DNA of 64,000 nucleotides, from assembly GCA_035308765.1 (NCBI GenBank), contig DATGGA010000026.1, forward strand, positions 876 to 64,875, written 5' to 3'. The DNA is from Burkholderiales bacterium (lineage in GTDB: Bacteria; Pseudomonadota; Gammaproteobacteria; Burkholderiales; SG8-39). The translations under genes and the position numbers were made by a program. The notes under the pieces were generated by a model. The model did no database searches. It saw nothing but the letters and a program-made list of their open reading frames with translations, and was not told where the DNA came from. Each line of letters opens with the position of its first letter. Positions within the stretch are counted from its first letter, which is position 1. This document shows positions 1 through 7,528 of the stretch, piece by piece.

Positions 1-85
1 ACAAATTATTGTGACCTCGAAAGAAGATCGGATAGATCACTGATGAAAGGTATTTGTGCGGCTTGCAGTTACTGTCGCGCCGGGT

Positions 86-757
86 CTAGGCAAGTCGTAG
101 GCTGCTGGTACGTATGTGCTTGAATTGAGTTTCCAGAAACTCTAGGACCGGCTCCAGCGTATCGAACGGGTGGAAGGTAGTCCCGCGCGCGCCAAGTTCC
201 TTTGCCAGCGTGCTCTTCGCGAAAACGATATCCGCCGCCAGCGCGGCGTCGAGATCGGAGTGGCCATCGCCGGCGAAGATGATGGTATGGCCAGGCTTGC
301 GCGTGATATGACGAGCCTTAGCGTTCGCCGACCGGCTGCAGGTCGGTTCGTAAAACGGAAATGCCGGTATCAAACGATCGCCCGAAAAGCCGATGTCGTT
401 TGCAAGCACCGGCACGACGTCGATACCATTGGTGAGCAAGATATGATGAATGAGCGGCAGGAAACTATCGCTCACGATGTTCACCGTTACCTGCCGCGCG
501 TTTGCCCAGTCAACGATAGCGGAAAACGTCGGATCTACTCGAACCAGCGACAAATATTCCAGTAGCTCCTCTCGCCCAACACGCAAGTTCTCGATCTGCA
601 GGCGTAGACAATCTCGTGCCGAAAGTCGACCAGATTCCCAGGCGTTATCCCAATCTCGCCAATCCTCGTTTGGCGAAAATTTTTCGATGACCTGATCGAG
701 GGTGTCGCCTGTCGTCAGCGTATTGTCAAAATCGAAGAACAGGGCCGGCCTAAACAT
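86..757 (-). CDS. HAD-IB family hydrolase/phosphatase (MtnX / phosphoserine-phosphatase-like)
   Basis: 223-aa ORF. HAD motif I FFDFDNTLT at the N-terminus and FAGDGHSDLDAA near the C-terminus; overall pattern resembles MtnX-type enzymes. Lies in visibly lower-GC DNA. Confidence 0.75.
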   Translation of the reverse strand: MFRPALFFDFDNTLTTGDTLDQVIEKFSPNEDWRDWDNAWESGRLSARDCLRLQIENLRVGREELLEYLSLVRVDPTFSAIVDWANARQVTVNIVSDSFLPLIHHILLTNGIDVVPVLANDIGFSGDRLIPAFPFYEPTCSRSANAKARHITRKPGHTIIFAGDGHSDLDAALAADIVFAKSTLAKELGARGTTFHPFDTLEPVLEFLETQFKHIRTSSLRLA

Positions 758-830
758 AGGTAACTGCGTCAGAGGTCAACTTGGCAGTGTGCATCTAGTC
801 AATTATCCACCTTCGAAACGCGGGCACCGC

Positions 831-862
831 GAATGACCGCTTCTGGCCGAAAGCGGTCATTC
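831..862. repeat. REP-like palindromic intergenic element, copy 1 (GAATGACCGCTT-ctggccga-AAGCGGTCATTC)
   Basis: Perfect 12-bp inverted repeat with an 8-nt loop. The same motif recurs at 1800, 2725, 18294 and 43554. Confidence 0.75.
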
Positions 863-1210
863 AGACTATGGCGAATATGGGTCCTACTTCGCTGATCGTA
901 GCTTTGGGAAGGCGGAGCCGGAACTGTTGGCTACGCTCGCTTGTGGCAATTTAGAAGGACCGCTTACGATCTGGACTCACCGTAGATTCAATAGGTTACG
1001 CAATGTGGCGCTTCTACACATTGTTGGGCGCCCAACGCTCCAAAAGCAGGTCAGGCGGTATCGGTGTCCCGCGTTGCCTGGGAAATGGCGCAGTGGGATA
1101 CTACTCACACAGCATTACAAAGCCCCTCGGGCAGCTGTCTTACCAGCAAAGTAATGTCTCGCGCTCAGTTGCTTGCGGCTAGGTACAAACAGCGACTTTA
1201 ATTTTTCGGT

Positions 1211-1735
1211 ATGGGCGCAGCCGACAATAGTGAAGATAGAGACATACGTCTCTTCGAGAAACGAAAGCCGGTACGTCGGCTGATCTATACCATCGTTATA
1301 TCAATTGTTGCGACCCTATCCGTCTTAAATTGCAGAGCAGCCGACTTTGAGGTCGGAGGTGGGCGAACATATATCCGCGGCCCGGCGCCAGTCGCGACCG
1401 CTACCATGGTGTGGCCCCGGCAGATCTGGGATACGGACGTGTATGCGGGGGCAGTGTTTATCGGCAGCTACGATTTCCGTGGTGTCAACTACGGTAACCA
1501 GTACATTGCGCGGGCGGGATTTACTCCCCGTTTTGGTTCCTTAGGGGTAGACCTCGGACTCGCACTGCTAAAGAACTCCGATGCCATCAATTCGGGGACA
1601 CCGAACTTTAACTTAGGTCTATCCTACGATTTTGGGCCAAACTTCGCGGTCAATCTTGGGCACATTTCAAACGCCAGAACCCACTTGCCTAATATCGGGC
1701 GGGACTTTGTAACCCTCACATATCGCTTCCACTGA
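1211..1735 (+). CDS. pagL: PagL-like lipid A 3-O-deacylase / acyloxyacyl hydrolase (outer-membrane beta-barrel)
   Basis: 174-aa ORF with an N-terminal hydrophobic signal-like segment. The C-terminal LGHISNARTHLPNIGRDFVTLTYRF matches the PagL catalytic H-x-S-N-A...PN-x-G...Y-(K/R)-F pattern. Low-GC context. Confidence 0.65.
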   Translation: MGAADNSEDRDIRLFEKRKPVRRLIYTIVISIVATLSVLNCRAADFEVGGGRTYIRGPAPVATATMVWPRQIWDTDVYAGAVFIGSYDFRGVNYGNQYIARAGFTPRFGSLGVDLGLALLKNSDAINSGTPNFNLGLSYDFGPNFAVNLGHISNARTHLPNIGRDFVTLTYRFH

Positions 1736-1799
1736 TTAGTCAGTCCGAGAAACGACGAACCCGCGGACACCGTGCCCGGGTGGTCAATAGCTAAACCGC

Positions 1800-1831
1800 G
1801 AATGACCGCTTTCGACCCAAAGCGGACATTC
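1800..1831. repeat. REP-like palindromic element, copy 2 (GAATGACCGCTTT-cgaccc-AAAGCGGACATTC)
   Basis: 13-bp arms with one mismatch; sits between the pagL-like stop and the stop of the dienelactone hydrolase (DLH) gene. Confidence 0.7.
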
Positions 1832-1837
1832 TTGCCT

Positions 1838-2671
1838 TCACTGCGCGGCGAGCCGTTTGTCAAGGAAAGCCTTCATGTCCTGCCAGGCCTGCTCGACTAC
1901 GGTCGGATCACCCCGATAGAGGTACGGCCCGCGTTGGAAGGTGACAAGCATTCCGCCTGCGGCAGCATTGTCAAAGGCGTGCGTAGCGCTCGCATACAGC
2001 TTCCACTCCACTGGCTGCCCCCGCTCGGCGTTCTTGCGCGCCTGCGCGATGCACGAGCGCGGGTTTGCCTCATTGTCCTGTCCGCCGAGGAGCACTAGCA
2101 GCGGGGTCTGCGTGTCGTCGTAGAAGTTGAACATATGATCCTCGCGGACACGTCCGACTAGCTCGTTGCACCACGGATAGAACGCGACCACCGCCGCAAA
2201 TCCCGGCTCCCCTTTCAGATACTGCCGGGCAAAAGCCGTGCTCGCTATGCGCAACCCCGCCATGGCACCGTAGGAGAAACCGACGTGCACGATCCGCTTG
2301 CCGTCGACATAGGGCTGCGCTCGCAGGAACTTGAGCGCCTCGAACGCGTCTTCCGCGTATTCTGTGACGCTAACGTTGTTGTCAGGCGGGCAATTGAATT
2401 TGCGCCCGCGCGGGCCGAGGTGATCCAGTACCAGAACGGCATAGCCCGCGGCGGTCAGGCGCTCTGCCCAGTTGTACAAGTGCCAGTAAATGCCAGCGCA
2501 GGTATGCGATAGCACGGCCGCCGGGAACGGTCCGTCGCCTAAGGGCTTGAAGAGCGCCGGCACGCGCGAGGGAGGGCGCGCAAAAAACTCTGGCGTCGTC
2601 GGGAACTTTCCAGTCTGCGACCACGCGGCGCACGACCACGCCCACAAAAGCAGAATCGCGAGTGTCTTCAA
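1838..2671 (-). CDS. Dienelactone hydrolase family protein (secreted alpha/beta hydrolase)
   Basis: alpha/beta-hydrolase nucleophile elbow GFSYGA and DLH-like layout. Start set to the TTG at 2671, giving the signal peptide MKTLAILLLWAWSCAAWSQ. The longest ORF (to 2752) reads through the REP-like copy 3 and is probably an artefact. Confidence 0.75.
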   Translation of the reverse strand: MKTLAILLLWAWSCAAWSQTGKFPTTPEFFARPPSRVPALFKPLGDGPFPAAVLSHTCAGIYWHLYNWAERLTAAGYAVLVLDHLGPRGRKFNCPPDNNVSVTEYAEDAFEALKFLRAQPYVDGKRIVHVGFSYGAMAGLRIASTAFARQYLKGEPGFAAVVAFYPWCNELVGRVREDHMFNFYDDTQTPLLVLLGGQDNEANPRSCIAQARKNAERGQPVEWKLYASATHAFDNAAAGGMLVTFQRGPYLYRGDPTVVEQAWQDMKAFLDKRLAAQ

Positions 2672-2724
2672 GCAATCTTCATCATATACCTCGGCGAGTC
2701 GACTAGGTCCTTGCGGGCGGTTGC

Positions 2725-2754
2725 AGTGTCCGCTTTTAGCGAAAGCGGTCATTC
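2725..2754. repeat. REP-like palindromic element, copy 3 (left arm decayed)
   Basis: Right arm GAAAGCGGTCATTC is intact; left arm AGTGTCCGCTTTT is only partly complementary. Confidence 0.55.
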
Positions 2755-2775
2755 AAAAGGCTGGGCTTGGAATGC

Positions 2776-3639
2776 CTAGGCGCGCTTTCTCCCGAGGGCG
2801 GCTTCCAGCTTCGCCGCTTCCTCGGCTTTCATGCCGTAGCTGTGGTCGGCATCGGGGAATTGCCCGCTGCGCACCTCCGCCGCGTAGGTCTTGAGCGCAT
2901 CCACGGCGATCTGCGAGACGTTGGCGTAGCGCTTGGTGAACTTCGGCTTGAACTGATCGAACATGCCCAGCAGGTCGAAGGCGAGCAGCAGCTGGCCGCA
3001 GCTCGCGGATCCGGCGCCGATGCCGAAAGTGAAGATACCCACGGCTGCATCGACCGCCTTCGCCACCGGCGCCGGCACGGCCTCCACCTCGAAGCCGATG
3101 GCGCCCGCTTCCTCGATGGCGCGCGCGTCGTCGATGATCTTCAGCGCCTCCTCGGCGGTTTTGCCCTGTAGCTTGAAGCCGCCGTACTGGTGCACGAAAT
3201 GCGGGCACATGCCGACATGGCTCATCACCGGCACGCCCGCGTCGGCAATCGCCTTGATGATGTCGAACTTGTCCCGGCCGCCCTGCATCTTGACGCAGTC
3301 CACGGCGCCTTCCTTCATGAAGCGCAGCGCGTTCGCCACGCCGACCTCGGCGCTGGCATAGCTGCCGTAGGGCATCGCGACCAGGCGGAAGGTATTCGGC
3401 GCGCCGCGCTGCACGGCGAGGCAGTGCTCGATCATCATGTCCACGGTGACGGGCAGGGTGTTGGCAAAGCCGTAGCTCACCATGCCCAGACTGTCGCCGA
3501 TGGCGCAGATGTCGATGCCGGCGCGCTCGGCCCACACGGCCGTCGGGTAGTCCGGGATCGAGGCCATGACCACTTTCTCGCCGGAGCGCTTGCGCGCGAT
3601 CAGGTCGGGAACCGTCAGCTTCTTGCGTTCTTCGGCCAT
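2776..3639 (-). CDS. 3-methyl-2-oxobutanoate hydroxymethyltransferase (PanB) family protein, divergent paralogue
   Basis: 287 aa with a PanB-like layout: AIGDSLGMV, TLPVTVDMMIEH, GGFKLQGKT, FGIGAGSASCGQLL. The positions I recall as DLPF and KIEGG in E. coli PanB read AMPY and KMQGG here. Confidence 0.7.
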   Translation of the reverse strand: MAEERKKLTVPDLIARKRSGEKVVMASIPDYPTAVWAERAGIDICAIGDSLGMVSYGFANTLPVTVDMMIEHCLAVQRGAPNTFRLVAMPYGSYASAEVGVANALRFMKEGAVDCVKMQGGRDKFDIIKAIADAGVPVMSHVGMCPHFVHQYGGFKLQGKTAEEALKIIDDARAIEEAGAIGFEVEAVPAPVAKAVDAAVGIFTFGIGAGSASCGQLLLAFDLLGMFDQFKPKFTKRYANVSQIAVDALKTYAAEVRSGQFPDADHSYGMKAEEAAKLEAALGRKRA

Positions 3640-3643
3640 GGAT

Positions 3644-4477
3644 TCAGGCGCGGAAGGCCTGCTTGTCCGTGCCGGAATAGAGCGCCTTCACCTGGCGCTC
3701 CACCGAATCGGCATGGGCGGCCAGCGCAGCCCGGTCCAGGTCCTGCCGCGGCCGCGGCTCGTAATCGAAATTGTGGAATTTGTCGGTGCCGCGCACCAGC
3801 ATCGCCGAATCGCGCACCTTGGTCTGCTTCACGTAGGTGGGGATGTAGCGGATCGCCAGGCCGATGCGGCGGTCGCTGCTGCGGTTGGGTTCGGAGCCGT
3901 GCACCAGCTTGATGTGGTGCAGCGACATCTCGCCCGCCTTGAGCGGCACGCCCACACCCTTCGACTTGTCCACCTCGACCGCGATTTCCTGGCCGCGCGA
4001 CAGCAGGTTGTCCTTGTGGAAGGTATCCACGTGCGGCAACTGGTCGATCTTGTGGCTGCCTGGCAGGAACTGCATGTAGCCGTTCTCGGGCGTGGCGTCG
4101 GTGAACGCGACCCAGGCGGTGATCACGTCGTCGGGATCGAGGCCCCAATAGGTGGCGTCCTGGTGCCAGGAGACGAAGCCCGGATTGCTCTCTTCCTTGA
4201 TGAAGAAATTGGTGGTCCAGCACAGGATGTCCGGGCCGATGACGTCCTCGACGGCGTCGAGGATCTTCGGATGATGCACCAGCCGGTCCGCCCAGGTGAA
4301 CAGCAGGTGCGTCTTGTGGCGCCAGTTGCCCTGCAGCGGCTTGCCGCTCTTGGCTTCGTGGCGCTCCAGGCAGCCGCGGTAGCCGGCGGCCTCCTCGCGG
4401 CTCAGCACGGGGACGGGAAAATAGAAACCGTCGCGCTGGAACTGCGCCACCGCGTCGCTGCTCAGCAGCTTGGGCAT
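3644..4477 (-). CDS. Phytanoyl-CoA dioxygenase (PhyH) family Fe(II)/2-oxoglutarate dioxygenase
   Basis: 277 aa with a WHQD (H-x-D) motif and a distal His in LVHGSEPN. The stop lies 4 nt upstream of the PanB-like start, so this is a likely 2-gene operon. Confidence 0.85.
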   Translation of the reverse strand: MPKLLSSDAVAQFQRDGFYFPVPVLSREEAAGYRGCLERHEAKSGKPLQGNWRHKTHLLFTWADRLVHHPKILDAVEDVIGPDILCWTTNFFIKEESNPGFVSWHQDATYWGLDPDDVITAWVAFTDATPENGYMQFLPGSHKIDQLPHVDTFHKDNLLSRGQEIAVEVDKSKGVGVPLKAGEMSLHHIKLVHGSEPNRSSDRRIGLAIRYIPTYVKQTKVRDSAMLVRGTDKFHNFDYEPRPRQDLDRAALAAHADSVERQVKALYSGTDKQAFRA

Positions 4478-4502
4478 CTGGGCCTCCCGGGTGCAGGCAT
4501 AA

Positions 4503-4519
4503 ATATATTACTAATATAT
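4503..4519. promoter_or_regulatory. AT-rich perfect palindrome ATATATTA-c-TAATATAT in the promoter region of the PhyH/PanB-like operon
   Basis: 17-bp palindrome in a short AT-rich spacer between the pdxH stop and the PhyH start. It contains TAATAT/TATATT -10-like hexamers on the minus strand, and a GGGAGG SD follows before the ATG at 4477. Confidence 0.4.
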
Positions 4520-4529
4520 CACCAGCCAG

Positions 4530-5162
4530 TCACGGCGCCAGGCGCTCGATCTTCCAGCCGTCCTTCGAGCGGCGGTAGAGCAGGCGGTCGTGGAGGCGGT
4601 TTTCGCGCCCCTGCCAGAACTCGATCCGCGCGGGAACGACGCGGTAGCCGCCCCAGTGGGCAGGGCGGGGAGGGTTGTTGCCGTATTTTTCAGAGATTTT
4701 TTTTACCTGGGCTTCTAAAAAACTTCTGTCAGCAACAACTTCACTCTGTGCCGAGGCCAGCGCCGACAGGCGCGCGCCTACCGGCCGGGTCGAGAAATAT
4801 TTTTCCGAGTCGGTTGCAGAGACTTTTTCGACTTTTCCTTCGATCCTTATTTGCCGTTCGAGCTGCGTCCACAGGAAGACCAGGCAGGCTAGGGGCTTCG
4901 CGGCGAGTTGATGCCCCTTGCGGCTTTCGTAGTTGGTATAGAAGACCAAAGCGCCGCTTTCGACGCCTTTCAGCAGGACCACGCGCGCGTCGGGTGCGCC
5001 TTCGGCGGTGACGGTGGCGAGCGTCATGGCGTTTGCGAGGGGCAGGCCGGCCGCGAGCGCATCCTCGAACCAGCGCTCGAACTGCAGCATCGGATCCGGG
5101 TGCGCGTCGGCCTCCGCCAGCCCGGCGCGCATGTATTCCTGCCTCAGATCCGCGATGCTCAT
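4530..5162 (-). CDS. pdxH: Pyridoxamine 5'-phosphate oxidase
   Basis: 210 aa with typical PdxH sequence: [14 protein letters not shown]...[23 protein letters not shown]. Confidence 0.95.
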   Translation of the reverse strand: MSIADLRQEYMRAGLAEADAHPDPMLQFERWFEDALAAGLPLANAMTLATVTAEGAPDARVVLLKGVESGALVFYTNYESRKGHQLAAKPLACLVFLWTQLERQIRIEGKVEKVSATDSEKYFSTRPVGARLSALASAQSEVVADRSFLEAQVKKISEKYGNNPPRPAHWGGYRVVPARIEFWQGRENRLHDRLLYRRSKDGWKIERLAP

Positions 5163-5179
5163 CGAGGGCCGATTCTATA

Positions 5180-6145
5180 ATGCCGCCGATGAATCCCGCG
5201 GCGGGCGTGTTCGACTACGGCCACGGCATCAGCGCGGTGGACAGCGTCTACGACCGCGAGATGCAGACCGCGATCCACCTGCTGGTCGAAGGCGGGCGCG
5301 CCGCGGTCATCGACACCGGAACCTCGCACGCGGTGCCGCGCGTGCTGGCGGCGCTGGCGGCCCGGGGCATCGCGCCAGAACGGGTGGACTATGTGATTCT
5401 CACCCACGTGCACCTCGACCACGCGGGCGGCGCCGGCCAGTTGATGGCGCGTTTTCCCAATGCGCGCCTCACGGTGCACCCGCGAGGGGCGCGGCACGTG
5501 ATCGATCCCGGTCGCCTCCTAGCGGCGACAGTGGCGATCTACGGCGAAGCCGAGACCCGGCGCATCTACGGGGAAATCCTGCCCGTGGTACGGCAGCGGG
5601 TGATCGAGACGCCCGAGGGAACGGTACTGCGGCTCGCTGGGCGTGAGCTGCTATTCCTGGATACGCCTGGACATGCGCGCCATCATGTCGTCATCCGCGA
5701 TGGTAAAATCGGCCACATCTTCGCCGGCGACACCTTCGGCATCTCCTACCGGGCGCTCGACCAGGACGGCAGGCAGTTCTCTTTCCCGACCACCAGTCCC
5801 TCGCAATTCGACCCTGCCGCGCTGCACCAGTCCATCGACCGCATGCTGTCCCTCGGGCCGGCGGCGATCTACGCGACGCACTTCGGCCGCCTGACGAATT
5901 TGGCAGTCCTCGCCGCCGATCTGCACCGGCTGATCGACGCCCATGCCGAACTGGGCGAGCGCCACCGCGGCGCAGGCATGGCGCGGAAACGTCTGCTGTT
6001 GAAAGGCGTTAGCGAACTTGTGCTCGCCGAGCGCGAGCGCCAGAAATGGCGTTTCCCGAGGGAAAAAGTGCTCGAAGTCTTCGCGCTCGACATCGAACTG
6101 AACGCGCAGGGACTGGAGTCCTGGCTCGATTCAGAGGGAAAATGA
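5180..6145 (+). CDS. MBL-fold metallo-hydrolase
   Basis: THVHLDHAGG metal motif. Start trimmed to the ATG at 5180 (MPPMNPAAGVF...); the upstream part of the 5033 ORF overlaps pdxH antisense and is Arg/Pro-rich noise. Confidence 0.8.
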   Translation: MPPMNPAAGVFDYGHGISAVDSVYDREMQTAIHLLVEGGRAAVIDTGTSHAVPRVLAALAARGIAPERVDYVILTHVHLDHAGGAGQLMARFPNARLTVHPRGARHVIDPGRLLAATVAIYGEAETRRIYGEILPVVRQRVIETPEGTVLRLAGRELLFLDTPGHARHHVVIRDGKIGHIFAGDTFGISYRALDQDGRQFSFPTTSPSQFDPAALHQSIDRMLSLGPAAIYATHFGRLTNLAVLAADLHRLIDAHAELGERHRGAGMARKRLLLKGVSELVLAERERQKWRFPREKVLEVFALDIELNAQGLESWLDSEGK

Positions 6146-6280
6146 GTAAAAAATATCCCGCGAGGTGATTGACATGCCCGCCGGGATTCGGCATTGTTCG
6201 GGCACCGCTGCACGTCGGCGGGAGGAATAACGGGATCCCGAGAAACATTCCGTAATTGATCGTTCAGAGGAGAACTCAAG

Positions 6281-6568
6281 ATGGCGAAGAAGAAGGCGAA
6301 GAAGGCCGGCAAGAAGCGCAAGCCCAATGCCGCGTTCATGAAGCCGATGAACCCCACCGCGACGCTCGCGGCGGTCATCGGAAGCGGCGCGATGCCGCGT
6401 ACCGAAGTGACCAAGAAGATCTGGCACTACATCAAGAGAAACAGTCTGCAGGACAAGAAGAACCGCCGCATGATCAATGCCGACGACAAGCTCAAGCCCG
6501 TGTTCGGCGGCAAGTCGCAAGTCTCGATGTTCGAGATGACGAAGCTGGTCAACAAGCACCTCAAGTAA
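6281..6568 (+). CDS. SWIB/MDM2 domain protein with Lys-rich N-terminal tail
   Basis: 95 aa. Tail MAKKKAKKAGKKRKPN, followed by a SWIB-like core (MPRTEVTKKIWHYIKRNSLQD...INADDKLKPVFG...MFEMTKLV). SD GAGGAG lies upstream. Confidence 0.85.
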   Translation: MAKKKAKKAGKKRKPNAAFMKPMNPTATLAAVIGSGAMPRTEVTKKIWHYIKRNSLQDKKNRRMINADDKLKPVFGGKSQVSMFEMTKLVNKHLK

Positions 6569-6580
6569 CGCCTGCGTTTT

Positions 6581-6608
6581 CCTGCCGGAGGCTCATGCCT
6601 CCGGCAGG
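6581..6608 (+). terminator. Stem-loop after the SWIB gene (CCTGCCGGAGGC-tcat-GCCTCCGGCAGG)
   Basis: Perfect 12-bp GC-rich stem 13 nt after the stop. It is followed by a pyrimidine-rich CTCTCTCTTCC tract rather than a clean U-tract. Confidence 0.45.
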
Positions 6609-6637
6609 CTCTCTCTTCCGGCAGTCCTGAATACGAC

Positions 6638-7516
6638 ATGGATGCCGCTGCCCCCACGCTAGCAGTCCTGTTTGCCCAGATCAGCGGCAGCGCCGCGCTG
6701 TACGGCCTGTTCGGCGACAGCCAGGCCGCGGCCGCGGTCAGCGCCTGCCATGCCGGCCTCAAGGCCGCGGCGGAGAAGCACCGCGGCACCGTGGTCAAGA
6801 CGATGGGCGACGAGCTCATCGCGCGCTTCGATAGCGCGGATCTCGCGCTGCAGGCGGCGGCCGCGATGCAGGCGTTCATGCGCGGGCAGACCGACAAGCT
6901 GGCGCTGAAAGTCGGCTTCAACGTCGGCCCGGTGATCCAGGAGAAACAGGACGTCTTCGGCGACGCCGTCAATCTCGCTGCGCGGATGGCGACGCTGGCG
7001 AATCCGCGGCAGATCCTGACCACGCGCCAGACCGTGGACCTGCTGCCGCCGTTCCTGCGCTCCACCTGCCGCAGCCTCTACACCACCACGGTGAGAGGCA
7101 AGAGCGAGAAGATCGCGCTCTACGAGGCCGTCTGGCACCAGGACAAGGGCACCACCGTGGTCGGCGATCCCGGCGCCGACGAGGCGACCGGGCCGGCGAA
7201 GCTCAAGCTCTCCTACCGCGGCAGGACGTGGAACCTGGACGAGCGCAGCGACGTGCTAAACGCCGGGCGCGACCCGGTGAGCGAAATCGTGGTCGCCGGC
7301 GACAAGGTATCGCGCCACCACGCGCGCGTCTTCATGCGGCAGGGAAAATTCGTGGTCGTCGACCAGTCGGCCAACGGCACCTTCGTGCGCGTGCAGCAGC
7401 GGGCGGAGATCCAGCTGAACCGCGAGGAGTTCATCCTGCTGGGCCGCGGCAGCATCGGCCTGGGCCAGAGCGTCGCCGAGGCCGGCGAGGACGCGATCGC
7501 CTTCGAGTTCGAATAG
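6638..7516 (+). CDS. Class III adenylate/guanylate cyclase domain fused to a C-terminal FHA domain
   Basis: Cyclase motifs VLFAQISGS, KTMGDELIARF, GDAVNLAARM. FHA motifs GR...VSRHHA...DQSANGTFV. 292 aa. Confidence 0.8.
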   Translation: MDAAAPTLAVLFAQISGSAALYGLFGDSQAAAAVSACHAGLKAAAEKHRGTVVKTMGDELIARFDSADLALQAAAAMQAFMRGQTDKLALKVGFNVGPVIQEKQDVFGDAVNLAARMATLANPRQILTTRQTVDLLPPFLRSTCRSLYTTTVRGKSEKIALYEAVWHQDKGTTVVGDPGADEATGPAKLKLSYRGRTWNLDERSDVLNAGRDPVSEIVVAGDKVSRHHARVFMRQGKFVVVDQSANGTFVRVQQRAEIQLNREEFILLGRGSIGLGQSVAEAGEDAIAFEFE

Positions 7517-7528
7517 CCCGCGCGCCGC

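Noticed and set aside
927-1154. 75-aa ORF in the low-GC intergenic region between the HAD and pagL-like genes.
   Set aside because: It has no SD, no recognisable motif and an Arg-rich composition, and it lies in a region containing the REP-like element. Probably non-coding.
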